DNA from: Desulfosoma sp.
GTDB taxonomy: Bacteria; Desulfobacterota; Syntrophobacteria; Syntrophobacterales; DSM-9756
DNA: 64,000 bases
Assembly (NCBI GenBank): GCA_037481835.1
Contig: JBBFKW010000007.1
Coordinates: forward strand, 139,763-203,762
Direction: 5' to 3'
A program made the translations under genes and the position numbers. Under the pieces are notes generated by a model. The model was not told the origin of the DNA. It was given only the letters and a program-made list of their open reading frames with translations, and ran no database searches. The first letter of the stretch is position 1; each line of letters begins with the position of its first letter. This document shows positions 1 to 11,013 of this stretch, in pieces.

Positions 1-299
1 AGTTGGGCGAGGTGGGACGAGTTGAGCTGTTGGATGGTGTAGTGGATGGCTTCGTAAGCGAGCACGTTGAAGGATTCGGCGATTTGGGGATCCAGGGCGG
101 CCAGATCGTGATTGCCTTGAACCCCACGGGCCTGACAGTCTCTCAGGACTTCCAAACAGGCCGTCGGGTCTGCGTTGTAGCCTACCACGTCTCCCAGATG
201 CCAAAAGACCTCCACCCCGGCGGTGCGAGCGGCCTTGATCACACTTTCCAGCGCTTCCAGGTTTCCGTGAATGTCTGAAAGAATGGCGACTCGCGCCAT
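1..299 (-). CDS. Metallophosphoesterase (partial, runs off window edge)
   Basis: Manual translation MARVAILSDIHGNLEAL...HLGDVVGY...QGNHD: calcineurin-like DxH, GDxxG and GNHD motifs. Confidence 0.9.
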   Translation of the reverse strand, partial: MARVAILSDIHGNLEALESVIKAARTAGVEVFWHLGDVVGYNADPTACLEVLRDCQARGVQGNHDLAALDPQIAESFNVLAYEAIHYTIQQLNSSHLAQ

Positions 300-453
300 G
301 GGAGCCCTCTTAATGCAAGAGTAAAACTCTTTCGGCCACCTGTAGGAACGGCTTTGGCCGCGACCCGGATCGGCGGCAAGCCGGTTCCAACAGAGGGGGC
401 TTCCTCGGTTCGATCTTTAACGCCGGCCTATGGCGCAAGAGCGACCGGGATCG

Positions 454-3168
454 TTACAAGACCAAAACGGGTTCCCGCAAAATCCGGTCGATGGCTTCCC
501 GCGCCGATGCCGCAAGCTTCGGATGGGTTTCCGTAAGGGATTCCACCTGTCGGAGGTGATCCGCCGTTCGAAGGATCACCATGGTCAGGTCTCCCTCGTC
601 GATTCCCGTAAGGTTCTTAACCACATCCCACCGTTCCCCCTTCGCCCAATGGAACACGGTCACCACCGTCCAGAAAGGCAGCGGCGGTGTTTCAAAACCT
701 TCGGCATGCAGCCGATCTCTGAGGGGATGAAGGGTCTGCATCATGGCGAAATAGGGTTTGGCCAAATCGGGATATTTCCAGATGAGGGACGACAATTGGG
801 ATTCGCCGGGGCGGTCTCTGTCCATGACGAAAGGCGCCATGAGGGCGGCCAGAAGGGCCGGATCGGATTCCGGAAAAACCCGCTTGCGAATCACTTCGGA
901 AACCAGGAGAGGCTGATCCAGACGGAGTTTGGACGCCCACAGGCCGTCTTCCGTGAGATGGCCTTGGGCCGTGACGTAGCCTTCCTCCTGGAGGATCCGC
1001 AAGTGGTGGCTGAAGGATCGCCACAGGGCTTCCTGAACGGAGAGGATGTGAGATCGGTGGGTGAAATACGTCTGAAGAAGTCTCGTAAACGGGTGCTTGG
1101 ACCCTTTCTGGCATGGGCCGAACAGTTCGCAGCGGGAGCACGGGAGGCTGTCTTTGGCCAGCGCCCGCCGGGCCATCTCCTGGGTCCCGGACGTCAGGGC
1201 CTGAGGCTTTTCGCCCAGATGGACCGGGCCGAAAAGGGACGGAAAGGGTGTGTCGGCCATCTTTTCAACCAGGCGTTCCCAACCTCTTCGATCGGATAAT
1301 GCCGGCAGTTCCTCCAATTTCTTTCCCAGGTCTCGAATCTGGCGGATGCGCACCCAATGCGGCTCCAGCCCGTGGGCGCGCCAGGCGAGCGGGAGGCGCA
1401 AGCGCGCGGCTTGGATGCGCTCATCCCCTTTGTCGGCGCGCTCCAGGACCACGTAGGGGGTCCCCCGCCGGTTCAGAAAAAGCCGCCCCGGCACCAACAA
1501 ACCCTGGGTGGCCCACATCAAGGCCTGGTTCCGGGCGGCACGATGGGCTTTGCGTTGTTCTTCCTCGAGGCGCATGAACAGGGGACGCACCTCGGCCAGA
1601 GCGTCCATGGACCCGCACGCCATGAGCGGTTCCCACTGGGAAAGTTCCCGCTGAAAGGCTTCGACCATGGCCGCCACGGAAGTTTCTTTGCCCAGGTGCT
1701 GGTAGGTGGCCAGGCTGCGCGAAAACAGTTCTCGGATTTCCGCCGGTTCGTGAGACAGAAGGAGGTTCAAGGCCATGGAAAAGTTCACGCGGATCTGGCT
1801 TTCGATGGGATCGGGCGGTGATTTCAACAGATCATGGATGAGCTGCGGGTTTTGGTACCGGCCAGGGGTCACGAGGACGAAGCCGATCTTGTCCATACCG
1901 CGCCGGCCGGCTCGTCCCGTCATCTGCAAGAGATCGGTGGCGGACAAGTCCACGAATTCGCGGCCGTTGAACCGGTCGCTTTGCGGGATGACCACCGTTC
2001 GGGCCGGGAAATTGACTCCTGCGGCCACGGTGGACGTGGAGAAAATGGCTTCGAGCCAGCCTTCCTGCATGAGGTTTTCCAGCAGAAGTTTCCAATGGGG
2101 CAGTTGCCCCGCGTGATGCGCCCCGACCCGGGAGCGTTTCAGAATGGAGAGGTGTTTGTGGTCCTTGAGGAAAGGCCATTTTTCCAGCAATTCGTGAAGC
2201 CTTCGCCTAAAGGCCCGGGCGTCGAAACCCGCGCATCGAGGGGCCGGCGGACACATGGTGATGGCCTTTTCGCAATCTGCGCGGGATTTGAGGAAAAAGA
2301 TGGCGGGCAGAAGATCGGCCGTGCGCAGGGTTTCCAAGATGAGAGGAACTTCGGGGAAGTCTTTTCGAGCGAATTGCCTCGGATCCAAATCGCCGATGGG
2401 ACCGTACAGGCCCCGGCGCCCGCCCAGGGGCGTCAGCTCCCCGTTGGGAAAAAGGAAGAGCGGATACAGGGGCACCGGGCGTTCCACGGCGTTGACCCAC
2501 AGGCAGGGGGACTTGCGCAGCCACATGAGCCATTGACAGACCTGCTCGGCATTGCGGATGGTGGCGGAAAGGAGCAGGAGGCGCACGCGATTGGGCAGGT
2601 AGATGAGCACCTCTTCCCAGACGACGCCACGGTCCTGGTCCCCCAAGTAATGGGCCTCGTCCATGACCACCAGATCAACGGCCAGATCCTCACCCCGGTG
2701 CATGGCGTCATAGAGCTGGTTCCTGAGGATTTCGGTGGTGCCGACGATAATGGGCGCGTCGGGGTTTTCTTTCCTGTCCCCGGTGAGGATCCCCACGTTT
2801 TCCATGCCGAAAACACGGGAAAACTCCTCGAGCTTGGCGTTGGACAGGGCCTTGAGCGGGGAGGCGTACCAGCTGCGGCCCCCTTTGGAAAAGATTTCCC
2901 GGATGGCTTCGATGGCGATATAGGTCTTTCCGGACCCTGTGGGTGCGGTGACGAGCACGTCGGCGGTGCGTACCTTTTCGATGGCTTCCCGTTGGAACGG
3001 ATCAGGCGTAAAGGGTTCCGGCTTTGGCACGCCGATCTGGGTCAGGACCTTACGCACCGCGGGCGCGATCTTGACGCGGAACTGCGGTTCCCGAGGGCTG
3101 ATGGGGCCTTGGGCTTTTTTTCCAGAGGGTTTTTTCCGGCGATGAAGAGGTCGCGTTCGGGTTTTCAA
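454..3168 (-). CDS. Ski2/HelY-like DEAD/DEAH-box helicase
   Basis: APTGSGKT, PLKALSN, DEAH, LSAT, QMTGRAGRRG motifs; 904 aa. Confidence 0.9.
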   Translation of the reverse strand: MKTRTRPLHRRKKPSGKKAQGPISPREPQFRVKIAPAVRKVLTQIGVPKPEPFTPDPFQREAIEKVRTADVLVTAPTGSGKTYIAIEAIREIFSKGGRSWYASPLKALSNAKLEEFSRVFGMENVGILTGDRKENPDAPIIVGTTEILRNQLYDAMHRGEDLAVDLVVMDEAHYLGDQDRGVVWEEVLIYLPNRVRLLLLSATIRNAEQVCQWLMWLRKSPCLWVNAVERPVPLYPLFLFPNGELTPLGGRRGLYGPIGDLDPRQFARKDFPEVPLILETLRTADLLPAIFFLKSRADCEKAITMCPPAPRCAGFDARAFRRRLHELLEKWPFLKDHKHLSILKRSRVGAHHAGQLPHWKLLLENLMQEGWLEAIFSTSTVAAGVNFPARTVVIPQSDRFNGREFVDLSATDLLQMTGRAGRRGMDKIGFVLVTPGRYQNPQLIHDLLKSPPDPIESQIRVNFSMALNLLLSHEPAEIRELFSRSLATYQHLGKETSVAAMVEAFQRELSQWEPLMACGSMDALAEVRPLFMRLEEEQRKAHRAARNQALMWATQGLLVPGRLFLNRRGTPYVVLERADKGDERIQAARLRLPLAWRAHGLEPHWVRIRQIRDLGKKLEELPALSDRRGWERLVEKMADTPFPSLFGPVHLGEKPQALTSGTQEMARRALAKDSLPCSRCELFGPCQKGSKHPFTRLLQTYFTHRSHILSVQEALWRSFSHHLRILQEEGYVTAQGHLTEDGLWASKLRLDQPLLVSEVIRKRVFPESDPALLAALMAPFVMDRDRPGESQLSSLIWKYPDLAKPYFAMMQTLHPLRDRLHAEGFETPPLPFWTVVTVFHWAKGERWDVVKNLTGIDEGDLTMVILRTADHLRQVESLTETHPKLAASAREAIDRILREPVLVL

Positions 3169-3308
3169 AGGGGTCCGCCTTTGGGAAGCTGTCTTTGTCC
3201 GTATCGGGTGCGTGAATCACGATGTATGGCTAACACGGCCCACGCCAGACATCAAGGGCGGATGCCCAGAGGGCGAGAGCGGGTCAAAAGGTTTCGGGAG
3301 GCTGGTCG

Positions 3309-3791
3309 ATGACACGGCACCATGTTGACGCCGTTACCGTTACGGTTGAGGGACCATGGTTCGCTCACCGCGTGCGTGTGCCCCTTTTCGAAGTGGATCT
3401 GGGGCAGGGCGTCTATCACGGAAATTATTTTCACCTGTTTGAAATCGGTCGGGAAGCCTTCTTCAGGGCCTTAGGGTACCCTTACAGCCTTTTGATGGCC
3501 GACGGTTTGCACTTGACCGTGGGATCCTTGCAGTGTCGTTACCGTGCGTCCTTGCACTACGACGAGGAAATCGAGGTGCAAACGGCCGTGAACCGCCTCG
3601 GGCGGCGCAGTCTTTCCCTCGCCCACCGAATTCAGCGGCTCGCCCATTCCGGGGTGCCGGAAACCACAACCGAAGCCGTCATGAACTTCGTCTGCGTTCG
3701 CGAAGGCACGCCCGTGCCGTTGCCGGAACGGTTTTCGCAAAACCTGCGCCGCTGGATGGGGCACGATCCCGAGCTTTTTGAAAAGGCTTGA
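3309..3791 (+). CDS. Acyl-CoA thioesterase (YbgC/4HBT hot-dog family)
   Basis: EVDLGQGVYHGNYFHLFEIGR motif. Confidence 0.8.
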   Translation: MTRHHVDAVTVTVEGPWFAHRVRVPLFEVDLGQGVYHGNYFHLFEIGREAFFRALGYPYSLLMADGLHLTVGSLQCRYRASLHYDEEIEVQTAVNRLGRRSLSLAHRIQRLAHSGVPETTTEAVMNFVCVREGTPVPLPERFSQNLRRWMGHDPELFEKA

Positions 3792-3806
3792 TGGAAGACT
3801 GCCCCG

Positions 3807-4556
3807 CTACCGCGACGCCGCCAGTTCGTAGCGACGAATTTCAGGGTCCGGCTTAATCGTGGAGACGACGGCGAACAGGCGGCCTCGGACTCCCAGTTTG
3901 TCGGCGAGCTTTTCCGGCACCTCGACGGGCTGCACCGAACACGGCTGCCTCTGGACGATGCGGTCGTGTCCGTCGTAGAGAATGAGCTCAAAGCGTTTCC
4001 CGCTCAAATCCTCTTGGATGTTCACGAGGTACTTGACGACCAAGACGGCCCCGTTCTTGTGCACGCGCATCCACTGGGCCAAGTCCCCCTTGGGGGTGAG
4101 GCTGGTTCGGTAGAGCCGGAAAGCTTCGCGGGGCTCCTGGGAAGGCGCCGCGCTCGACAGAATTTGCGTGAGCTCTTCGGCGCTCAGGGGCTCCCCGGAC
4201 GGCGGGGAAGGCGGGCCTTGTTTCAAGAGCGCCGCCCATTCCTTCTGCTGAGCGGGGTCCGACGCCGCGGCCGTGCGCAGGCGCGAGCCGGCGGTGTTGT
4301 ACGCGATTTCCGATCCCGCGACGATTTCCTGGATGCTGCGCACCTGGCTTTTGGGGATGCCCGCAACACCTCCGGGAATTTCAAAAAAGACGGTCTCCTT
4401 GGCTTCCCAGCAATAGGGGACCTCCACCCGATTGCCGTCGTTCAACGTGATCCTGAACTTGGCCGCCCAAACTCCCGGGGGACCGAGAACCCCAAAAACC
4501 GCCATTACGGCGAGAACCTTCAACCACAATCCGCCATGTCCTTTTTCCCGTGCCAT
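3807..4556 (-). CDS. Hypothetical exported protein
   Basis: Signal-peptide-like N-terminus ending VWA; GGAGG RBS upstream. Confidence 0.6.
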   Translation of the reverse strand: MAREKGHGGLWLKVLAVMAVFGVLGPPGVWAAKFRITLNDGNRVEVPYCWEAKETVFFEIPGGVAGIPKSQVRSIQEIVAGSEIAYNTAGSRLRTAAASDPAQQKEWAALLKQGPPSPPSGEPLSAEELTQILSSAAPSQEPREAFRLYRTSLTPKGDLAQWMRVHKNGAVLVVKYLVNIQEDLSGKRFELILYDGHDRIVQRQPCSVQPVEVPEKLADKLGVRGRLFAVVSTIKPDPEIRRYELAASR

Positions 4557-4893
4557 CAGGGCAACCTCCCTTTCCGGGTTCCATAAACATCAAGGCGTTC
4601 AATGCCTGCCGGCGCCTCCATGAAAGAATTTGCCATACGCGGGGCTCTTCTGGAATGGCTCTTTTGCACACGAAAAATCGTTGAGGCGCACAACGGGGAA
4701 AACGCCTCACCAACGGCGAAAGGTCCTCCTGTCGTTTGCCGTCGACGCTTGGTTCTGGTATAGACACAAAGCGTTGCTCATGAGCCTTTCGTTCCACGGC
4801 GCAGAAGCGTAGAATAAGTGTGCCAAAATTCAGGCCGTCGGCCAATGAGAATGTGGAGCGCATCCCCTTTCATGTGCGGAGGATCCCCCTTAC

Positions 4894-6351
4894 GTGATTG
4901 AAGCCCTGAAAAATCTGTTTCGACGCCTTGTGCCGTGGGGACGCCCCGATCCCCAGACGGTGACGGAAGAAACCCCTGTTTCGGAACCGGAACCGGCGCT
5001 GCCCCAGCCGAGAAAAGCGCGGGAGGAGCTGGCGGCCGGTCTGCCTTTTGAGGAATTGGGCCTTTCGCCTCCGGTGCTCCAGGGACTCCACGAGGCCGGT
5101 TTCTATCGGTGCACCCCCATTCAGGAAAGATCCCTTCCCGTCACCCTCAAAGGCAAAGACATCGCGGCACAGGCGCAGACAGGATCGGGCAAGACGGCCG
5201 TCTTCCTCATCACCATCTTTGAAAATTTGCTCAAGCGCCAGCCCCTCGCCCCCGCTTGCCATGCGCTCATCCTGGCCCCCACGCGGGAACTGGCCCTCCA
5301 GATCCAAGCCGACGGGCAGCTCCTCGGGCGCCATTGCCCTTTTCGACTGGCGGCCATTTACGGCGGAGTCGGCTACGAAAAACAGCTCAAAGCCCTTCGG
5401 GAAGGCGCCCATATCGTCATCGCCACCCCGGGACGCCTCATCGATCTCATGAAGCAAGGCCACCTCAAGACCGACACCCTCTCCATGCTCGTCATCGACG
5501 AAGCCGACCGCATGCTCGATATGGGCTTCGTCAAGGACCTGCAATACATCCTGAAACGTCTCCCTCCTTTTCATCGTCGGCAGAGTATGCTTTTTTCTGC
5601 AACACTTTCTCCGCGCGTGCTGGAAATCACCTATCCTTACATGAACGCGCCGGTGGAGACGGCCGTGGATCCCGAAAAGCTCGTGGTGGAAACGGTCCGC
5701 CAGGAACTCTTCCATGTGGCGCGAGCGGAAAAGTTTTCCCTTTTGTTGGGGATCCTGGAAAGGGAAAAGCCGGAGCGCGTCTTGCTCTTTTGCAACACCA
5801 AGGTCCAAACTCTCAAGGTCGCCGAACGGCTCATGGCCAACGGCTACGCCGCCAGGGGCATTACGGGGGATTTGCCCCAGAGCCGCCGTGTGCAGTTGCT
5901 GGAGCGTTTCAAGAAAGGGGACATCAAGATCCTTGCGGCAACGGACGTGGCCTCCCGAGGCCTCCACGTGGAAGACGTCACTCACGTCATCAACTACGAC
6001 GTGCCCCAAGACCCGGAGGAGTACGTCCACCGCATCGGCCGCACGGCCCGCGCCGGCAAGGAAGGCAAGGCCATCACCTTGTGCGGGGAAGACGACGTCT
6101 ACGCTTTGGAGAATGTGGAAAACCTCTTGGGTCAGAAGATTCCCGTGGTGTGGCCCGAGGAAGACTGGTTTGTGCCGGATAAGGCGGACAGTGTGCCGGG
6201 AAGACGTGCTTCCCGCGGCAGAAGGCCCCCCTCGGGCAAAAAAGAGGCCATGCCGGCGAAAAACGCGCCGCCCCACCCGAAGAAAAGGTCGGGACGGGGC
6301 AGAAAGAAACCTTCGGAATCCCCGAAAACCCCTGCGCCCAAAGGGCGATGA
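4894..6351 (+). CDS. rhlB: DEAD-box RNA helicase, RhlB-like
   Basis: AQTGSGKT, DEADRM, SAT, HRIGRTAR; basic C-terminal tail. Confidence 0.85.
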   Translation: MIEALKNLFRRLVPWGRPDPQTVTEETPVSEPEPALPQPRKAREELAAGLPFEELGLSPPVLQGLHEAGFYRCTPIQERSLPVTLKGKDIAAQAQTGSGKTAVFLITIFENLLKRQPLAPACHALILAPTRELALQIQADGQLLGRHCPFRLAAIYGGVGYEKQLKALREGAHIVIATPGRLIDLMKQGHLKTDTLSMLVIDEADRMLDMGFVKDLQYILKRLPPFHRRQSMLFSATLSPRVLEITYPYMNAPVETAVDPEKLVVETVRQELFHVARAEKFSLLLGILEREKPERVLLFCNTKVQTLKVAERLMANGYAARGITGDLPQSRRVQLLERFKKGDIKILAATDVASRGLHVEDVTHVINYDVPQDPEEYVHRIGRTARAGKEGKAITLCGEDDVYALENVENLLGQKIPVVWPEEDWFVPDKADSVPGRRASRGRRPPSGKKEAMPAKNAPPHPKKRSGRGRKKPSESPKTPAPKGR

Positions 6352-6407
6352 ACGCAGAGGCGCCGTCGGAGAGAGGAAAAGACTTTTCTTAATGGAAGGG
6401 ACGCCCC

Positions 6408-7370
6408 ATGGAGATCTACATTTCCGGATCGCTGGCCTATGACCGCATCATGACGTTTCCGGGGCATTTCGCCGATCACATCCTGCCCAACAAAATCCAT
6501 GTGCTCAACGTGTGTTTCAACATCAACGGGTTGGTGGAAAAATTCGGCGGCACTGCCGGCAACATCGCCTACACCCTGAACTTGCTCGGGGAACGGCCTT
6601 TCATCGTAGCGACGGCCGGCGACGATTTTGAACACTACCGGCGATGGCTCCAAGGCAACGGCCTGGATGATCGGTGGATCAAGCGCATTCCCGGTGTGCT
6701 TACGGCCGGAGCCTATATCACCACGGATCTGAACGACAACCAGATCACCGCTTTCAATCCCGGAGCCATGGCGTTTCCGGCGGACCTTCCCCCTCTGGAC
6801 GACGGGACGCAGCCCGTGATCGTGCACATCGCCCCGGGAAACAAAGAAGATATGCTGGGGCTAACCCGGCGGTGCAAGGCCCGAGGGGTGCCGTTCGTTT
6901 TCGATCCCGGCCAGAGCCTCAATATTTGGAGCGGCGATGAGATCGCCGAAGCTGTGGACGGCGCCCTGTGTTTCATTTCCAACGATTACGAACTCAGCCA
7001 TTTTCTCAAGCTGACCCGATGGCAGCGCTCCGACCTGGAGGCCCGGGTTCGCATGATCGTCACCACTCAGGGGCCGGGTGGAAGCCTTCTGTGCATCGAC
7101 GGGGACAAGGTTTTTATCCCCGCCGTCGTCCCGCCGGCCGTGGTGGATCCCACGGGGGCGGGGGACGCCTATCGAGCCGGTTTTCTCAAGGGACTGGCCC
7201 TGGGCCAGGATCCGCCCGTGTGCTGCCACATGGGCAGTGTGGCGGCTTCCTTTGCCGTGGAACACCACGGCACCCAGGAGCACCGTTTCCACTGGGACGC
7301 CTTTTCCGACCGATTGGAAAAACATTTCGGCTATCGGCTCACATCCGAACAGGGCGCTCCTCGCCCCTGA
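6408..7370 (+). CDS. PfkB-family carbohydrate/nucleoside kinase (adenosine kinase-like)
   Basis: GSLAYD, FGGTAGNIA, DPTGAGDAY motifs. Confidence 0.9.
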   Translation: MEIYISGSLAYDRIMTFPGHFADHILPNKIHVLNVCFNINGLVEKFGGTAGNIAYTLNLLGERPFIVATAGDDFEHYRRWLQGNGLDDRWIKRIPGVLTAGAYITTDLNDNQITAFNPGAMAFPADLPPLDDGTQPVIVHIAPGNKEDMLGLTRRCKARGVPFVFDPGQSLNIWSGDEIAEAVDGALCFISNDYELSHFLKLTRWQRSDLEARVRMIVTTQGPGGSLLCIDGDKVFIPAVVPPAVVDPTGAGDAYRAGFLKGLALGQDPPVCCHMGSVAASFAVEHHGTQEHRFHWDAFSDRLEKHFGYRLTSEQGAPRP

Positions 7371-7458
7371 AAGCCGCAGGACCGCCGACACCCGTGAACC
7401 TTCGCGGAAAAAGGCCCGGCGAGAAGCGCTCGGGGCGTGCTTCAGACCGGGTGCCCCC

Positions 7459-9465
7459 TTATTGGATGAGGAGCTGTTCCCGGCGCAGCCTCTTGATTTC
7501 GTCTCGAAAGGCGGCGGCTTTTTCGAATTCCAGGCGGGCCGCCGCCTCTTTCATCTGTTTTTCCAGCCGCTCGATGGTCAGATCCACATTCGGTCTTTCG
7601 TCCGCACGGTAGAGGGCCCGGACTTCCTGGAGCACCTCTTCGGGGACGAAAGTTTCCTCCTTGGAACGATAGGGCGCCAGAATGTCCGCCACGGACTTTT
7701 CCACGGTCTGGGGCGTAATACCATGGGCGGCGTTGTAAGCCTGTTGCAAAGCGCGCCTTCTTTCGGTTTCGGCCACGGCTCGCTGGATGGATTCCGTCAG
7801 CCGATCGGCGTAGAGGATGACGGTCCCGTCCACGTTGCGGGCGGCCCGACCGGCGGTCTGGATGAGGGAACGTTCGGAGCGCAGGAACCCTTCGTTGTCG
7901 GCATCCAGCACGGCCACGAGGGAGACTTCCGGGATATCCAGGCCTTCTCGGAGAAGATTGATTCCCACCAAGACGTCAAATTCCCCGAGGCGCAGGTCCC
8001 GCACGAGCTCGATGCGATCCAGGGTGTCCACGTCCGAGTGCATGTAGCGGACCCGGATTTTCAGCTCGGAGAGATACTCGGTAAGGTCTTCCGCCATGCG
8101 CTTGGTCAATGTGGTCACGAGAACCCTTTGCCCGGCGGCGACCCTCTTTCTGATCTCGCCCAGAAGGTCGTCCACCTGGTGCGCCGCCGGGCGCACTTCC
8201 ACCTTGGGATCCACCAAGCCTGTGGGCCGGATGATCTGCTCCACCACATAACCCTGGGTGCGCTCCAATTCATAAGGGCCGGGCGTGGCGGACACATAAA
8301 TGACTTGGTTGACCTTGGCTTCGAACTCTTCGAAACATAACGGCCGGTTGTCCAAAGCCGAAGGCAGCCGAAACCCGTATCGCACCAGGGTTTCCTTGCG
8401 GGACCTGTCCCCCCGGAACATGCCCCGCAGTTGCGGGATGGTGATGTGGCTCTCGTCGATGAAGAGCAGGAAATCGTCGGGAAAATATTCCAGGAGGGTC
8501 GGGGGCGGCTCGCCGGGCCGCCGGCCGGTGAGATGGCGCGAATAGTTTTCGATGCCGGGACAATATCCCAGCTCTTGGAGCATTTCCAAATCGAGGCGGG
8601 TGCGTTCCTCCAGGCGCTGCGCCTCCACCAGCAGGCCCGCCGCGCGCAGCTCTTCCAGCCGAAGGCGGAGCTCCTCCTTGATGCTCTGAACGGCCCTTTG
8701 CAAGGTCGCCTTGTCGGTGACGTAATGGCTTCCAGGGTAAATGGCCACCTCCGTGAGGGACCGCACCGTGCGGCCCGTCAGGGGGTCAAATTCGCGGATG
8801 GCATCGATTTCATCGCCGAAAAATTCCAGCCGAACCGCACGGTCTTCTTCGTGGGCGGGAAACACTTCCACCACGTCCCCTCGGACACGGAACGTACCCC
8901 GGTGAAAATCCACGTCGTTTCGCGTGTATTGGATTTCCACAAGCTTTCTCAACACGACGTCCCGATCCACGGCCATGCCCGTCTTCACCCACAGGAGCAT
9001 GTCCCGGTAGGTTTCCGGAGCGCCCAGGCCGTAGATGCAGGACACGCTGGCGACGATCAGCACGTCCCGGCGCTCCAAAAGGGCGCGGGTGGCCGCATGC
9101 CGCATCTTGTCGATGGTTTCGTTGATGGAGGCGTCTTTGGCGATATAAGTGTCGGTCTGGGGCACATAGGCTTCCGGCTGGTAGTAGTCATAGTAGGAGA
9201 CGAAATACTCCACGGCGTTTTCCGGGAAGAAGGCCTTGAATTCCCCGTAAAGCTGGGCCGCCAGGGTCTTGTTGGGCGCGATGATGAGCGTGGGCTTCTG
9301 CACTTGGGCGATCACATGGGCCATGGTGAAGGTTTTTCCCGATCCCGTGACCCCCAAGAGGGTTTGTTCTCGAACCCCGGCACGGATGTTGGCCGTGAGT
9401 TTTTCGATGGCCTGGGGCTGATCCCCCTGGGGACCCCACGGGGCATGGATCCTAAAGGCGGTCAT
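7459..9465 (-). CDS. uvrB: Excinuclease ABC subunit B
   Basis: [30 protein letters not shown]-terminal UVR motif; start placed at MTAF after GGAG. Confidence 0.97.
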   Translation of the reverse strand: MTAFRIHAPWGPQGDQPQAIEKLTANIRAGVREQTLLGVTGSGKTFTMAHVIAQVQKPTLIIAPNKTLAAQLYGEFKAFFPENAVEYFVSYYDYYQPEAYVPQTDTYIAKDASINETIDKMRHAATRALLERRDVLIVASVSCIYGLGAPETYRDMLLWVKTGMAVDRDVVLRKLVEIQYTRNDVDFHRGTFRVRGDVVEVFPAHEEDRAVRLEFFGDEIDAIREFDPLTGRTVRSLTEVAIYPGSHYVTDKATLQRAVQSIKEELRLRLEELRAAGLLVEAQRLEERTRLDLEMLQELGYCPGIENYSRHLTGRRPGEPPPTLLEYFPDDFLLFIDESHITIPQLRGMFRGDRSRKETLVRYGFRLPSALDNRPLCFEEFEAKVNQVIYVSATPGPYELERTQGYVVEQIIRPTGLVDPKVEVRPAAHQVDDLLGEIRKRVAAGQRVLVTTLTKRMAEDLTEYLSELKIRVRYMHSDVDTLDRIELVRDLRLGEFDVLVGINLLREGLDIPEVSLVAVLDADNEGFLRSERSLIQTAGRAARNVDGTVILYADRLTESIQRAVAETERRRALQQAYNAAHGITPQTVEKSVADILAPYRSKEETFVPEEVLQEVRALYRADERPNVDLTIERLEKQMKEAAARLEFEKAAAFRDEIKRLRREQLLIQ

Positions 9466-9706
9466 GTCGTGGTTTTCTCCTAGAAAGCGATGGAAATGGC
9501 GGCCACGGCCGCTTCTACCACTAACCGGAAAGACAACTCTTTGACAATAACCCCCATGACGTGGGACGAGACAACGAAGCACGAAAGTCGTGTAGGTACA
9601 ATATGTTACAGAAACTTTCATAAAAAGATTCGCGCACAAGCTGGCGGGGGTACGAGTTTCATCCTTTGTTGTGGCACCGCGACGTGCGGCGGTATCCCCG
9701 ATTTTT

Positions 9707-9798
9707 GTTGGGGTTCGCTGTGCTCACCCCAACCTACATTCGCCGGCCTGCATCCTTGAATAAACTCGTAGGTTGGGGTTAGCGAAGCGAACCCCAAC
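9707..9798. repeat. Inverted pair of GTAG-type REP-like palindromes (copy 1)
   Basis: GTAGGTTGGGGTTAGCGAAGCGAACCCCAAC at 9768-9798, near-exact reverse complement at 9707-9737, 30-nt spacer; second doublet at 63507-63598. Confidence 0.85.
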
Positions 9799-10119
9799 CA
9801 GACCTGGATGTAGCGAGACAACGAACCATGAAAGTCCTGCCCTCCCAGATTCTGAGCGCGACTTTCATATTAACCCCCATTACGGGCAGCCCGTGAAAAC
9901 ATGGAATCCGTCGGCAGGCGGCGCACCTTCCTAAAAAGCGGCAACAGCCCGCCCGGCATGCCAGAAAACCGAAAAGCCTCTGTGTCCGGCCATGTTGTGA
10001 AGAAAAGAGCACTGTCACTTGCATGAATGTGCGTTGTGCATTAGGCTGAAGACACAAGGGGATGCGCCTCGGGCGATGGGACGAAAGAAAAGAAGGAAAC
10101 GGACCGGAAAGGAGACACC

Positions 10120-10980
10120 ATGGATGCCGCCATTCATCCCCAAGCATCGGATCGCCGATGGATCAATCAGGCCGTCAAGGCCGAAATCAACCTGTGTTTT
10201 ACCTGCGGATCCTGTGCCGTGGAGTGTCCCGTCAACCGAGCGACAAACCGGCTGGATCCGCGACGGCTTGTGTGGATGGCCAACCTGGGTCTGATGGATG
10301 AATTGATCCAGCTGCCCGATATCTGGCTGTGCCTCGGCTGTCGGAAGTGCTCCCACGTGTGCCCCATGACGGTCAAGCCGGCGGCCCTCATCGCCTTTTT
10401 GCGCTGGGAAGCCTTCCAGCAAGGGGTGTTTTCTCGGACCCTGGATGAAGAGCGGCGAAGGCTCCAAGATCGCCTTCACAGGGAACGCGCAGCCGTCGTC
10501 GGCGAACTCCTTTCCGATGCGGCCCAAAGAAAAGGGCCTCAAGAACTTTCCTTACCCCGAGCTCGGGGCATTTCTTGGAAACCGTTCGCCGTCTTCCACG
10601 ACCACGAAACGCGGATCAGCTCCTGTTTTGCGTGCGGCGAATGCAGCAACGCCTGTCCGGTGTGCGTCCACCGATCCGTGCTCGACCCTTTGGTGCTCGT
10701 CCGGGGAACCCTCATGGGCTATTCCAGAGAACTCAGTGTCTCGCCCGGCCCTTGGGTGTGCCTCCAGTGCAGGAGCTGCTCCAGCGCGTGCAGCCAGCGC
10801 GTCCAAGGGCATCTTGTGGCTTTGGCCTTGCGTGAGGCCGCCCAACAGACGGGCATGGTGGACGACGTTTTCCTCCAGGCTTGGAAAGAAAAAGAGCGGA
10901 AAATCTGGCGGGATTATGCGGAGGCCGTGGTGCAGAGGCTCGAGCCCGGATTTAACTTTAAGGCACACACAAGAGACTGA
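10120..10980 (+). CDS. HdrC-like Fe-S protein with two tandem 4Fe-4S dicluster domains
   Basis: CFTCGSCAVECP, CLGCRKCSHVCP, CFACGECSNACP, CLQCRSCSSACS. Confidence 0.8.
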   Translation: MDAAIHPQASDRRWINQAVKAEINLCFTCGSCAVECPVNRATNRLDPRRLVWMANLGLMDELIQLPDIWLCLGCRKCSHVCPMTVKPAALIAFLRWEAFQQGVFSRTLDEERRRLQDRLHRERAAVVGELLSDAAQRKGPQELSLPRARGISWKPFAVFHDHETRISSCFACGECSNACPVCVHRSVLDPLVLVRGTLMGYSRELSVSPGPWVCLQCRSCSSACSQRVQGHLVALALREAAQQTGMVDDVFLQAWKEKERKIWRDYAEAVVQRLEPGFNFKAHTRD

Positions 10981-11013
10981 GACGACCCGGTGATGAGGGT
11001 CGAGGAGGGTGCC

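Noticed and set aside
1834..3312. Long antisense ORFs (e.g. 1834-3312, 4870-6276, 41044-42576, 45949-47685, 51549-53351, 60304-62007)
   Set aside because: Shadows of well-supported genes in high-GC DNA, with no recognisable motifs
4619..4826. sigma54-like boxes on the minus strand upstream of the 4556 gene
   Set aside because: The -12 element lacks the conserved GC (TTCA / TTCT)
9595..9610. Possible LexA/SOS box (GGTACAATATGTTAC) upstream of uvrB
   Set aside because: Imperfect palindrome that does not match a LexA consensus I can assign for this lineage
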